Positions 24,910 to 34,580 of a stretch of 40,471 nt of DNA are shown piece by piece. Made by a program: the position numbers and the translations under genes. The stretch is from positions 1-40,471 of the IMG/VR virus record IMGVR_UViG_2547132281_000014. One strand, given 5' to 3'. Under the pieces are notes generated by a model. It ran no database searches. It saw nothing but the letters and a program-made list of their open reading frames with translations, and was not told the DNA's origin. Source of the DNA: a virus. Lineage: Duplodnaviria; Heunggongvirae; Uroviricota; Caudoviricetes. Position 1 is the stretch's first letter; each line of letters starts with the position of its first letter.

Positions 24910-25110
24910 ATGATCCTGAAACAAGATCTGAAATGGTCACCGGACGGTATGCGTGTTGAGGTCATTCGGGCCGGTGAGTATGACGACGGGGCGCTTCCTG
25001 CCCGGGTGCAGGAGATTGCACTTCAGGCCGGGTTAGCAGAGCGCGGAACCAGTGCAAAAAGCAGTAAAGCGACAAAAGAGAAAAAAGCCACGACCAGTAA
25101 AGAGGGCTGA
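24910..25110 (+). CDS. Small head-module protein (66 aa), Lys/Ser-rich C-terminus
   Basis: ORF with an SD-like GGTGAAG, lying between the capsid and connector genes. Function unknown. Confidence 0.5.
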   Translation: MILKQDLKWSPDGMRVEVIRAGEYDDGALPARVQEIALQAGLAERGTSAKSSKATKEKKATTSKEG

Positions 25111-25112
25111 GT

Positions 25113-25436
25113 ATGCTTCTGACAATGGAAGAGATTAAAGCCCAACTCCGGCTGGATGAGGATTTCGATGCTGATGACCGCCATCTGCAACTGCTGGCCT
25201 GTGCGGCACAAAAGCGGACGGAAACGTATCTGAACCGGAAGCTCTATGCACCGGATGAAACCATTCCGGACAGCGATCCGGACGGGCTGCACCTGCCGGA
25301 TGATATTCGTCTGGGGATGCTGATGCTTATCAGCCATTTTTACGAAAACCGCTCGTCGGTTACGGAAGTGGAGAAACTCGACATGCCGCAGAGTTTTGGC
25401 TGGCTTGTCGGCCCGTACAGGTACTTTCCGCAATGA
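25113..25436 (+). CDS. Head-tail connector (gp6-like, DNA-packaging/adaptor protein)
   Basis: 107 aa. MEEIKAQLRLDEDFDADD... is typical of gp6-like connectors. Position is consistent. Confidence 0.75.
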   Translation: MLLTMEEIKAQLRLDEDFDADDRHLQLLACAAQKRTETYLNRKLYAPDETIPDSDPDGLHLPDDIRLGMLMLISHFYENRSSVTEVEKLDMPQSFGWLVGPYRYFPQ

Positions 25437-25843
25437 AAATTCGTCAGGCGCAGACCAGCGCAACCTACATTCTGCCGGACCCCGGTGAACTGAATAAACG
25501 CGTCCTGATCCGCCAGCGGGTGGATATGCCCGCGGATAACTTTGGCGTGGAGCCTCAATACCCGGTTACGTTCCGGACATGGGCGAAGGTTATCCAGACC
25601 AGTGCCACCACCAGGCAGGAAACCGCGCAGACCGGGGACGCCATCACCCATTACATCACCATTCGTTACCGCCGGGGGATCACTGCTGATTATGAGGTGG
25701 TCTGTGATGACAGTGTGTACCGGGTGAAACGTCAGCGTGATCTGAACGGGGCGCGGCGCTTTCTGCTGCTGGAGTGTACGGAGCTGGGCGAATGTAGGCA
25801 GAGTCACGGAGGCAGCAATGGCGACTCCCTTTTTTCACGTTGA
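25433..25843 (+). CDS. Head closure / head-tail joining protein
   Basis: 136 aa with an ATGA overlap with the upstream gene. Order as in HK97-like head modules. Confidence 0.65.
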   Translation: MKIRQAQTSATYILPDPGELNKRVLIRQRVDMPADNFGVEPQYPVTFRTWAKVIQTSATTRQETAQTGDAITHYITIRYRRGITADYEVVCDDSVYRVKRQRDLNGARRFLLLECTELGECRQSHGGSNGDSLFSR

Positions 25844-26324
25844 TGTTCAGCAGCCCGCCGAGATGCGCTTTAACCGCGCCCGTGTCCGGCGGGCGTTTGT
25901 CATGATTGGGCAGCGTCATATGCGTGATGCCCGTCGGCTGGTGATGCGCCGTGCGCGGTCGGCACCGGGTGAAAACCCCGGTTATCAGACCGGACGCCTG
26001 GCTCGTTCGATTGGTTATATGGTGCCGAGAGCCAGTAAAAAGCGAGCCGGTTTTATGACACGCATTGCCCCTAACCAGCGCAACGGGAAGGGGAACCGGA
26101 TGATCTCTGGTGACTTCTATCCGGCGTTTCTGTTTTTTGGTGTCCGGGGAGGAGCAAAACGTCGTCGTAGTCATCATCGTGGTGCATCCGGTGGCAGCGG
26201 CTGGCGACTGGCTCCACGTAATAACTTCATGGTGGAAACGCTTGAAAAGAACCGCAGCTGGACACGCTATTTTCTGGCGCGGGAATTGCGTAAATCACTG
26301 AAGCCGGAGCGACGACACAGATGA
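25818..26324 (+). CDS. HK97 gp10-family neck/tail-completion protein
   Basis: 168 aa, basic. Position after the head-closure gene. Confidence 0.6.
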   Translation: MATPFFHVDVQQPAEMRFNRARVRRAFVMIGQRHMRDARRLVMRRARSAPGENPGYQTGRLARSIGYMVPRASKKRAGFMTRIAPNQRNGKGNRMISGDFYPAFLFFGVRGGAKRRRSHHRGASGGSGWRLAPRNNFMVETLEKNRSWTRYFLARELRKSLKPERRHR

Positions 26325-26881
26325 AACTGACGCCTGTTATTGCTGCACTGCGTGCCCGTTGTCCGTATTTTGAAAACCGGGTTGCAGGCGCGGCCCAGTT
26401 CAAAAATCTGCCGGAGGTCGGAAAACTGAAACTCCCGGCGGCATATGTTGTACCGGGTGATGATTCTCCGGGAGAAAACAAAAGCCAGACCGACTACTGG
26501 CAGGAGCTGAAAGAGGGTTTCTCCGTGGTTGTCATACTGAGTAACGGGCGTGATGAGCGCGGTCAGTTTGCCTCGTATGATGTGGTGGACGATGTCCGGC
26601 AGATGCTCTTTAAGGCTCTGCTGGGCTGGAACCCGGAGGCGTGCGGTAACCCGATTACCTATGACGGCGGCACGCTGCTGGATCTGAATCGTCATGAGCT
26701 GATTTATCAGTTCGATTTTTCGGTCATCAGCGAGCTGACTGAAGACGATACCCGCCAGCAGGATGATCTGAACAGTCTGGATGAACTGCAAACGCTGGCG
26801 ATTGATGTTGATTATCTCGAGCCCGGTAACGGGCCTGACGGCGATATCGAACATCACACCGAAATAACCCTTCCTTCCTGA
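26321..26881 (+). CDS. Tail terminator / neck protein (Mu gp37-position)
   Basis: 186 aa with an ATGA overlap with the upstream gene. Lies upstream of the sheath module. Assignment is by position only. Confidence 0.5.
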   Translation: MKLTPVIAALRARCPYFENRVAGAAQFKNLPEVGKLKLPAAYVVPGDDSPGENKSQTDYWQELKEGFSVVVILSNGRDERGQFASYDVVDDVRQMLFKALLGWNPEACGNPITYDGGTLLDLNRHELIYQFDFSVISELTEDDTRQQDDLNSLDELQTLAIDVDYLEPGNGPDGDIEHHTEITLPS

Positions 26882-26889
26882 GGATCCTC

Positions 26890-27060
26890 ATGTTTGTCAA
26901 ACCTGTTAAAGGGCGGTCAGTGCCTGACCCTGCCCGCGGCGACCTTTTGCCCGCCGAAGGGCGAAATGTTGACGAGAACAACTACTGGCTGCGCCGTGAA
27001 GCAGCGGGTGATATCCGGCGCGTGAATAAAAAGGTGAACACCGATGACGATAAGCTTTAA
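26890..27060 (+). CDS. Unlisted 56-aa ORF, DUF2635-like (Mu gp38-position)
   Basis: The ATG at 26890 follows AGGA. Translation: MFVKPVKGRSVPDPARGDLLPAEGRNVDENNYWLRREAAGDIRRVNKKVNTDDDKL. It overlaps the sheath start. I recall an MFVKP... small protein preceding the sheath in Mu-like tails. Confidence 0.55.
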   Translation: MFVKPVKGRSVPDPARGDLLPAEGRNVDENNYWLRREAAGDIRRVNKKVNTDDDKL

Positions 27061-28540
27061 CACCATTCCGTCGAATACGCTGGTTCCGTTGTTTTATGCG
27101 GAAATGGATAACCAGGCGGCGAATACTGCACAGGACAGCGGAGCATCGCTGCTGATTGGTCATGCCAATAACGGTGCAGAGATTGTTGCCAACAGTCTGG
27201 TACTGATGCCGTCGGCAGACTATGCACGCCAGATTTGTGGTGCGGGAAGTCAGCTGGCGCGTATGGTCGAGGCTTATCGCCAGACCGACCCGTTTGGCGA
27301 GCTGTATGTGATTGCCGTTCCGGAAGCCACAGGCGCGGCGGCAACGGTTACGCTGACGGTGACCGGGGCGGCAACCGAAACCGGCACGGTGAATGTTTAT
27401 GTGGGACGTACCCGCGTGCAGGCACCGGTGACCAACGGCGATAACGTCGCGACGATTGCCAGCAGTATCAAAGATGCCATTAATGCCGTTCCGGCCCTGC
27501 CGTTTACGGCCTCATCTTCGGCAGGCGTGGTCACGCTGACCGCGCGTCATAAGGGGCTTTGCGGGAATGAAATTCCTGTCAGCCTCAATTACTACGGCTT
27601 TGGTGGGGGCGAAGTGCTGCCAGCGGGCGTACAGATTGCTATGGCGACGGGGAGCGCCGGAACGGGCGCTCCTGTTCTCACCGGCGCGGTGGCTGCAATG
27701 GCGGATGAGCCGTTTGATTATATCGGCCTGCCGTTCAACGACACGGCCTCCGTTAACACGCTGGTGACCGAGATGAACGATACCAGCGGTCGCTGGAGCT
27801 ATGCGCGTCAGCTGTATGGTCATGTGTATACGGCAAAGATCGGCACGCTGTCAGAACTGGTGACCGCAGGTGACCAGTTTAACCAGCAGCACATTACCCT
27901 GGCGGGGTACGAAAAAGAGACCCAGACGCCTGCCGACGAGCTGGCGGCAAGCCGTACCGCCCGCGCAGCGGTGTTTATCCGCAACGATCCGGCACGTCCC
28001 ACGCAGACCGGTGAGCTGGTGGGTATGCTGCCTGCGCCGAAGGGGAAACGGTTCACGATGACCGAACAACAGACCCTGCTGTCTCATGGCGTGGCAACGG
28101 CGTATGTCGAAAGCGGGGTACTACGCATTCAGCGTGATGTCACCACGTACAGGAAAAACGCTTACGGGGTTGCGGATAACAGTTACCTCGACAGTGAGAC
28201 GCTGCATACCAGCGCGTATGTACTGCGCAAACTGAAATCCGTCATTACCAGTAAGTACGGGCGTCACAAGCTTGCCAGTGACGGTACCCGCTTTGGTCCC
28301 GGTCAGGCGATTGTCACCCCGGCGGTGATCAAAGGGGAACTGCTGGCAACCTACCGTCAGCTTGAGCGTGCGGGGATCGTGGAAAACTACGAACTGTTTA
28401 AGCAGTACCTGGTTGTGGAGCGTGATGCCAGCGATCCGAACCGCCTGAACACGCTGTTCCCGCCTGACTATGTTAACCAGCTGCGTGTCTTTGCCGTGGT
28501 TAATCAGTTCCGTCTTCAGTATTCAGAGGAGTCTGCATAA
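27044..28540 (+). CDS. Contractile tail sheath protein (Mu gpL-like)
   Basis: 498 aa, followed by tube, chaperone and tape-measure genes in the canonical myovirus order. Confidence 0.88.
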   Translation: MTISFNTIPSNTLVPLFYAEMDNQAANTAQDSGASLLIGHANNGAEIVANSLVLMPSADYARQICGAGSQLARMVEAYRQTDPFGELYVIAVPEATGAAATVTLTVTGAATETGTVNVYVGRTRVQAPVTNGDNVATIASSIKDAINAVPALPFTASSSAGVVTLTARHKGLCGNEIPVSLNYYGFGGGEVLPAGVQIAMATGSAGTGAPVLTGAVAAMADEPFDYIGLPFNDTASVNTLVTEMNDTSGRWSYARQLYGHVYTAKIGTLSELVTAGDQFNQQHITLAGYEKETQTPADELAASRTARAAVFIRNDPARPTQTGELVGMLPAPKGKRFTMTEQQTLLSHGVATAYVESGVLRIQRDVTTYRKNAYGVADNSYLDSETLHTSAYVLRKLKSVITSKYGRHKLASDGTRFGPGQAIVTPAVIKGELLATYRQLERAGIVENYELFKQYLVVERDASDPNRLNTLFPPDYVNQLRVFAVVNQFRLQYSEESA

Positions 28541-28896
28541 TGGCCCGTATCGGGGGAACCTGTTATTTCAAAATTGACGGTCAGCAGCTATCGCTGACCG
28601 GCGGCATTGAGGTGCCCATGAACAAAACGGTTAACGATGACATCATCGGCCTGGACGGTTCAGTGGACCGCAAGGAAACTCACCGTGCGCCTTATGTCAA
28701 AGGGACCTTCAAGGTGCCGAAGAATTTTCCGGTAAGCAAAATCACCTCGTCTGATGAGATGACCATCACTGCCGAGCTGGCGAACGGTCAGGTCTATGTA
28801 CTGTCGTCTGCCTGGCTGCACGGCGAAGCGAACCATAATGCCGAAGAAGGCACGGTTGATCTTGAGTTCCACGGTGAAGAAGGGGATTACCAGTAA
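28540..28896 (+). CDS. Tail tube protein (Mu gpM-like)
   Basis: 118 aa with a TAATG overlap with the sheath gene. Position is consistent. Confidence 0.85.
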   Translation: MARIGGTCYFKIDGQQLSLTGGIEVPMNKTVNDDIIGLDGSVDRKETHRAPYVKGTFKVPKNFPVSKITSSDEMTITAELANGQVYVLSSAWLHGEANHNAEEGTVDLEFHGEEGDYQ

Positions 28897-29165
28897 TGAA
28901 AGAGCTTGAGTTAAAGAAACCGATTACTGCTCATGGCGAGACACTCTCCGTACTGGAGTTTGATGAACCCACCGGGAAGGATGTCCGCGAGCTGGGGTAT
29001 CCCTACCAGATGAATCAGGATGAGTCAGTCAGACTTCTGGCGCATGTGGTGTCGAAATACATTGTGCGGCTGGCGAAAGTGCCGCAAAGCTCTGTCGACC
29101 AGATGTCTCCGGCAGACCTGAATGCAGCGGCGTGGCTTGTGGCCGGTTTTTTCCTCCAGGCCTGA
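28896..29165 (+). CDS. Tail assembly chaperone (short form)
   Basis: 89 aa, directly upstream of the tape measure. Contains a slippery site near its 3' end. Confidence 0.75.
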   Translation: MKELELKKPITAHGETLSVLEFDEPTGKDVRELGYPYQMNQDESVRLLAHVVSKYIVRLAKVPQSSVDQMSPADLNAAAWLVAGFFLQA

Positions 29166-29320
29166 CGGCTGAATACCTCACTGATCGCTTCTTTGACTGC
29201 GCCAGCTACTGGCGCATTAATCCTTTCGAATTGCTGAATATGCCGATCAGTGAAATTCCCTTGCTGGTCAGTCAGGCAAACAGGATAGAGCAGGAGAAAC
29301 GCACACATGGCGGAATTTGA
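28896..29320 (+). CDS. Tail assembly chaperone, predicted -1 frameshift long form
   Basis: Slippery heptamer T TTT TTC at 29147-29153, in the correct phase. The -1 frame continues as FFPPGLTAEYL... to the stop at 29320, overlapping the tape-measure start. Confidence 0.6.
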
Positions 29321-31142
29321 GCTTAAGGCGTTGATCACCGGTGTCGACAGGCTTTCTCCCGCGCTGTCGAAAATGCAAAAGAAAATCCGGGGATTTAAAC
29401 GCCAGGCGGAAGAAGCGTCACAGGGTGGGCTGGCGCTTGGTGGCGGACTGGCAGCGGGTCTGACGCTTTCCCTGAAATCTTATGCCGATCAGGAAAACGC
29501 CGCCACCGGGCTGAAAGTCGCCATGATGGATGCGAACGGCGAGGTTGGAAAGCGCTTTCAGGACATCAATAAACTGGCTATTGGCCTGGGTAACCAGCTA
29601 CCCGGTACAACGGCTGATTTCCAGAACATGATGCAGATGCTGGTGCGTCAGGGGATCCCGGCAGAAAACATTCTTGGCGGTGTGGGTAAAGCGACAGCTT
29701 ATCTTGCGGTACAACTGAAAAAAACACCGGAAGCGGCTGCTGAGTTTGCTGCAAAGATGCAGGATGCTACCGGAACGGCGTCAGAAGACATGATGGGGCT
29801 GTTCGACACTATCCAGAAGGCGTTTTATCTGGGTGTTGACGATACCAACATGTTGTCCTTCTTCACTAAAACCAGCTCTGTTCTGAAGATGGTGAACAAG
29901 GACGGTCTTCAGGCTGCACAGAGCCTTGCCCCCATCAGCGTCATGATGGATCAGATGGGGATGAACGGGGAGTCGGCAGGTAACGCCCTGCGAAAAGTTA
30001 TTCAGTCCGGATTAAGCGTTAAGAAAATCAGGGACGTCAATAAAATCATGGCCCGCCAGAAACTCGGGGTACAGCTCGATTTTACTGACGGCAAAGGAAG
30101 TTTTGGCGGTCTTGATAACATGTTCAGGCAACTGGCAAAGCTGCGAAAACTGACCGACGTTAAGCGAACAGGTGTACTTAAGGCAATATTTGGTGATGAT
30201 GCCGAAACCCTTCAGGTGGTCAATGCACTAATCGATAAAGGAAAGGATGGCTACGATCAGATCCAGCAGAAGATGAATAAACAGGCCAGCCTGAATAAAC
30301 GTGTTCAGGCCCAGCTTGGTACGCTGTCCAACCTGTGGGAGGCAATGACGGGGACCGCAACTAACGGCCTTGCGGCTATTGGCGGCGCATTTTCTGGTGA
30401 CGCCAAAAATATCACGCAATGGCTGGGGGAGTTAGGGGAAAAATTCACGAAGTTTGCGGATGAAAATCCCCGGGTTATTCGCGGCGTCGTCGGGCTTGCT
30501 GCCGGTCTTGCGATTCTGAAACTGGGATTGATGGGCGTTGGCGGTGCCATCAGTATTGTCAGCAGGATCATGTCGATGACGCCGATTGGAATGATTGCGA
30601 CGGCGATAGCCCTGGCTGCGGGATTAATTATCACTAACTGGGATGTTGTCGGACCTTATTTCAAGAAGCTCTGGGAAACCATTGGTCCTTATTTTGAGGC
30701 TGGCTGGGAACTTCTGAAGAAGGTTTTTGCCTGGTCGCCGCTGGGGATGGTAATCAATAACTGGGGACCGGTTGTTAAGTGGTTTCAGGATATGTGGGAC
30801 AAACTGAAGCCAATTATTGAGTGGTTTACCGACAGTTCCGGTGACACGGTCGATGCCATTAACTCTGCGCAGTGGGGCGCGGGTGCTTATGATGCTTATG
30901 GGACGGGAATACCGGCACGGGGATACACACCTTATCAGGCGGTAGATCCGGCTCAGTCAAACAACGCCTCCGGTGCCACAGGCCCGAATCCCTTCATGAT
31001 TAACAAAGCTTCTGCGCCAAAAGTTGATGGTGAGATCAAGGTCTCTTTTGTGAATTCGCCTCCGGGTATGCGGGTTATGGAAACGCGATCCAGCGGTTTT
31101 GATGTCAGCCATGATGTTGGCTATACGCGCTTTGGCAGGTAA
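29307..31142 (+). CDS. Tail tape measure protein
   Basis: 611 aa, largely helical. Central hydrophobic Gly/Ala-rich segments. Position after the chaperone pair. Confidence 0.9.
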   Translation: MAEFELKALITGVDRLSPALSKMQKKIRGFKRQAEEASQGGLALGGGLAAGLTLSLKSYADQENAATGLKVAMMDANGEVGKRFQDINKLAIGLGNQLPGTTADFQNMMQMLVRQGIPAENILGGVGKATAYLAVQLKKTPEAAAEFAAKMQDATGTASEDMMGLFDTIQKAFYLGVDDTNMLSFFTKTSSVLKMVNKDGLQAAQSLAPISVMMDQMGMNGESAGNALRKVIQSGLSVKKIRDVNKIMARQKLGVQLDFTDGKGSFGGLDNMFRQLAKLRKLTDVKRTGVLKAIFGDDAETLQVVNALIDKGKDGYDQIQQKMNKQASLNKRVQAQLGTLSNLWEAMTGTATNGLAAIGGAFSGDAKNITQWLGELGEKFTKFADENPRVIRGVVGLAAGLAILKLGLMGVGGAISIVSRIMSMTPIGMIATAIALAAGLIITNWDVVGPYFKKLWETIGPYFEAGWELLKKVFAWSPLGMVINNWGPVVKWFQDMWDKLKPIIEWFTDSSGDTVDAINSAQWGAGAYDAYGTGIPARGYTPYQAVDPAQSNNASGATGPNPFMINKASAPKVDGEIKVSFVNSPPGMRVMETRSSGFDVSHDVGYTRFGR

Positions 31143-31165
31143 TGAAAAATTAATCTGTTAATGAG

Positions 31166-31187
31166 TCCCACTCCGGTGGGATTTTTT
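31166..31187 (+). terminator. Rho-independent terminator-like hairpin inside the tail operon
   Basis: TCCCAC-tccg-GTGGGA followed by TTTTTT. Lies between the tape-measure stop and the next gene's SD. Confidence 0.55.
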
Positions 31188-31202
31188 ATGTACGGAGTTT
31201 AT

Positions 31203-32531
31203 ATGACGTGGAAAGACAGACTTCAGGACGCGTCATTTCGCGGTGTGCCGTTTAAGGTTGAAGAAGAAAGTGCGGGAACCGGTCGTCGTGTGGAAACGCA
31301 CGAATACCCGAACCGCGACAAACCCTATACCGAAGACCTGGGGAAAATCACTTTCCGCCCGTCCATCACAGCTTATGTGGTGGGAGATGACTGCTTTGAC
31401 CAGCGCGATCGCCTGATTGACGCGCTGAATAAACCCGGTCCCGGCACGCTTGTCCATCCGACTTACGGTGAGCTGAAAGTCTGTGTTGACGGGGAAGTTC
31501 GGGTCAGCACATCGAAGAGTGAAGGACGTATTGTCCGCTTTGACCTGAAGTTTGTCGAAGCGGGAGAACTCTCTTACCCCACTTCAGGTGCGGCGACGGC
31601 GCAGACGCTGATGTCATCCTGTTCTGCACTGGATGACTGCATCAGTGACAGCTTCAGTGGTTTCAGTATCGATGGCGTGGCAGATTTTGTGCAGAACGAC
31701 GTCGTCGGTAATGCCAGCACAATGCTTGGGTATGTTTCTGATGCGATGAAAGTGGTGGATTCTGCCGTATCGGATGCCGCCAGGCTGTTGCAGGGGGATA
31801 TCTCGGTACTTCTGCCGCCACCATCGTCAGGCAAAAATTTCGTTGAGCAGGTGCAGAAAATGTGGCGTACCGGGAAACGCCTTTATGGTAACGCCAGCGA
31901 CCTGGTCACCATGATCAAAACGCTTTCCGGTGTCAGCCTCGGCAGCGATCTGCAACCGCGCGGCGTCTGGAAAACGGACAGTAAAACTACCGCCACGGCG
32001 ACGCAGCAGCGTAACGTGGTTGCCAGCACCCTTCGTACGACCGCAATCAGCGAAGCGGCGTATGCCGTCACACGATTGCCTGCGCCCACAACTTCCGCGG
32101 TGATGCAGAATGCCACAGTAGGGCAGTCAACAACACCCGCGCAGAGCACCGGCTGGCCTTCTGTCACGCATCCGGCACTGAACAATGCACCGGCGGTGAA
32201 AAACACGGTTGACCTGCCAACGTGGGAAGAACTGACCGACATTCGCGACACACTGAATACGGCAATTGATAAGGAGTTGTCCCGTACAACCAGTGATGCG
32301 CTGTTTCTGGCGCTGCGCCGGGTGAAAGCAGATCTGAATGCGGATATCAACACGCGCCTTGAACAGTCTGCACGGATCATTCAGCGCACGCCGGATGAGG
32401 TTTTACCCGCGCTGGTGCTGGCGGCGACCTGGTTTGATAACGCGGCGCGTGACGCGGACATTATCCGGCGTAATGCCATTACGCATCCCGGCTTTGTGCC
32501 GGTGATCCCTCTGAAGGTGCCAGTGCAATGA
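31203..32531 (+). CDS. DNA circularization protein N-like (Mu gp43-like)
   Basis: Start moved to the ATG at 31203, after GGAG. MTWKDRLQDASFRGVPFKVEEE... is the typical N-terminus of Mu gpN-like proteins. Confidence 0.8.
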   Translation: MTWKDRLQDASFRGVPFKVEEESAGTGRRVETHEYPNRDKPYTEDLGKITFRPSITAYVVGDDCFDQRDRLIDALNKPGPGTLVHPTYGELKVCVDGEVRVSTSKSEGRIVRFDLKFVEAGELSYPTSGAATAQTLMSSCSALDDCISDSFSGFSIDGVADFVQNDVVGNASTMLGYVSDAMKVVDSAVSDAARLLQGDISVLLPPPSSGKNFVEQVQKMWRTGKRLYGNASDLVTMIKTLSGVSLGSDLQPRGVWKTDSKTTATATQQRNVVASTLRTTAISEAAYAVTRLPAPTTSAVMQNATVGQSTTPAQSTGWPSVTHPALNNAPAVKNTVDLPTWEELTDIRDTLNTAIDKELSRTTSDALFLALRRVKADLNADINTRLEQSARIIQRTPDEVLPALVLAATWFDNAARDADIIRRNAITHPGFVPVIPLKVPVQ

Positions 32532-33607
32532 ACGACAATGTCACGCTACGGGTAAATGGCCGGGAGTGGAATGGCTGGACATCAGTGCGCATCGGTGCCG
32601 GTATTGAACGGCTGGCGCGGGATTTCAGTGTGGAGATCACTCGCCAATGGCCGGGAGATGAGGGTATCACCACGCTTCAGCCGCGCATTAAAAACAGTTC
32701 AAAAGTGGAAGTGCTGATTGGTGATGAGCTGGTGATCACCGGCTGGGTGGAGGCGACTCCCGTTCGTTACGATGCCCGTTCGGTCAGCACCGGTATTGCC
32801 GGACGTAGTCTGACGGCTGACCTGATTGACTGTGCAGCCGAACCGACACAGTTTAACGGACGCTCGCTGGTGCAGATCGCGCAGGCGCTTGCTGCGCCTT
32901 TCGGCATTGAGGTGGTGAACAGCGGTGCGCCGTCGGGTGTTATTCCTGATGTTCAGCCTGATCACGGTGAAACGGTGATTGAGGTAATCAACAAAATACT
33001 CGGTCAGCAGCAGGCGCTGGCTTACGACGACCCGCACGGCAGGCTGGTGATTGGCGGTATTGGCTCAACGCGGGCACATACCGCGCTGGTACTTGGGGAA
33101 AACATCCTTTCCTGTGATACGGAGAAGAGTATCCGGGAGCGGTTTTCTGTTTACCAGGTGGCGGGGCAGCGTGCCGGAAACGACGATGATTTCGGTGAGG
33201 CCACCACCACCGCGCTGCGGGCCCGCACAGAGGACGCATTTATTGCCCGTTACCGTCCGATGTATATCAGGCAGACAGGGCAGGCCACGGGGGCTGGCTG
33301 TATTGCGCGTGCTGACTTTGAAGCCCGAAAACGGGCGGCGCGGACGGATGAAACCACCTATGTGGTGCAGGGCTGGCGACAGGGTAACGGTACGCTGTGG
33401 CAGCCCAACCAGCGGGTGATTGTCTTCGATCCGGTCTGTGGTTTCGACAATACCGAACTGCTTGTCTCGGAAGTCACGTTTACTCAGGACCAGAACGGCA
33501 CCCTGACGGAAATCCGTGTCGGCCCGCCTGATGCTTATCTGCCTGAACCCGAAGCCCCCGGCGCGCGGAAAAAGAAAAAAGCCAGAGTACAGGAGGACCC
33601 GTTCTGA
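32528..33607 (+). CDS. Baseplate hub / tail protein P-like (Mu gp44-like)
   Basis: 359 aa with an ATGA overlap with the upstream gene. Order as in the Mu baseplate module. Confidence 0.78.
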   Translation: MNDNVTLRVNGREWNGWTSVRIGAGIERLARDFSVEITRQWPGDEGITTLQPRIKNSSKVEVLIGDELVITGWVEATPVRYDARSVSTGIAGRSLTADLIDCAAEPTQFNGRSLVQIAQALAAPFGIEVVNSGAPSGVIPDVQPDHGETVIEVINKILGQQQALAYDDPHGRLVIGGIGSTRAHTALVLGENILSCDTEKSIRERFSVYQVAGQRAGNDDDFGEATTTALRARTEDAFIARYRPMYIRQTGQATGAGCIARADFEARKRAARTDETTYVVQGWRQGNGTLWQPNQRVIVFDPVCGFDNTELLVSEVTFTQDQNGTLTEIRVGPPDAYLPEPEAPGARKKKKARVQEDPF

Positions 33608-34155
33608 TGAGGACGATTGAAGCCATGCAGCGACAACTTCTCGGCCTGATTGGGCGGGCAGTGGTGAAAAGCATCAGTGCCGCCACGAAATGTCAGACCG
33701 TGGATGTGTCCCTGATTGCCGGTGAACCCAAAGCCGGGGTTGAACATCTTGAACCCTACGGTTTTACCGCAAGGGCAAACAGCGGTGCGGAAGCGGTGGT
33801 GTTGTTTCCGGATGGCGACCGTTCTCATGCGGTGGTTGTTACGGTGTCGGACCGGCGCTACCGCCTGAAAGGGCTGCAAACGGGTGAGGTGGCTGTCTAT
33901 GACGATCAGGGGCAGTCTGTGACGCTGACCCGGGAGGGGATCGTGGTGGACGGTGCAGGGAAAACGATCACGTTTCGCAATGCACCTGAAGCACGTTTTG
34001 AAATGGATCTGGAAGTGACCGGACAGGTGAAAGACCTGTGCGACTCCGGCGGTACCACCATGTCAGCGATGCGGCTTGCCTATAACGGGCATCGTCACAG
34101 AGAGAACGGTCAGGGCAGTAACACCGACAAACCTGATAAAGCGATGGAGGCATGA
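33607..34155 (+). CDS. Baseplate assembly protein V / spike (Mu gp45-like)
   Basis: 182 aa. OB-fold-like N-terminal region. Position is consistent. Confidence 0.78.
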   Translation: MRTIEAMQRQLLGLIGRAVVKSISAATKCQTVDVSLIAGEPKAGVEHLEPYGFTARANSGAEAVVLFPDGDRSHAVVVTVSDRRYRLKGLQTGEVAVYDDQGQSVTLTREGIVVDGAGKTITFRNAPEARFEMDLEVTGQVKDLCDSGGTTMSAMRLAYNGHRHRENGQGSNTDKPDKAMEA

Positions 34156-34580
34156 TGGAACTGTGGCTGACGGTGAACGGTAAACGCACCTGCGCCAGCG
34201 CACCGCTGGATCCGCTGACCCGCGCCGTGGTGATTTCCCTGTTCACCTGGCGGCGGGCGGAGCCTGATGACAATGCCGACGTCCCGATGGGATGGTGGGG
34301 GGATACCTGGCCTGCGGTACAGAATGACCGTTACGGCTCCCGACTGTGGTTGCTTCAGCGCAGCAAACTGACCAATCAGCTGGTGCAGACGGTAAGGGGA
34401 TATATCCGCGAATGCCTGCAATGGATGACTGATGACGGCGTGGTGTCCCGTATTGATCTGGATATCCGCCGCACCGGGATTAATGAGCTGGGTAACAGTA
34501 TCACCCTCTGGCGTCGTGATGGACCAGTAATGATTTCTTTTGATGATCTGTGGAGTGCGATAACGCATGGCGGACAGTGA
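34152..34580 (+). CDS. GP46-family baseplate protein (Mu gp46-like)
   Basis: 142 aa with an ATGA overlap with the upstream gene. Position between the V-like and J-like genes. Confidence 0.72.
   Translation: MMELWLTVNGKRTCASAPLDPLTRAVVISLFTWRRAEPDDNADVPMGWWGDTWPAVQNDRYGSRLWLLQRSKLTNQLVQTVRGYIRECLQWMTDDGVVSRIDLDIRRTGINELGNSITLWRRDGPVMISFDDLWSAITHGGQ

Noticed and set aside
11187-28020. Chi sites (GCTGGTGG): eight on the + strand (starting at 11187, 12439, 13576, 13847, 17150, 21718, 22074 and ~28014) versus two on the - strand
   Set aside because: The density is close to the E. coli chromosomal average of roughly one per 5 kb. The orientation bias follows the dominant coding strand. It is not evidence of a special element.
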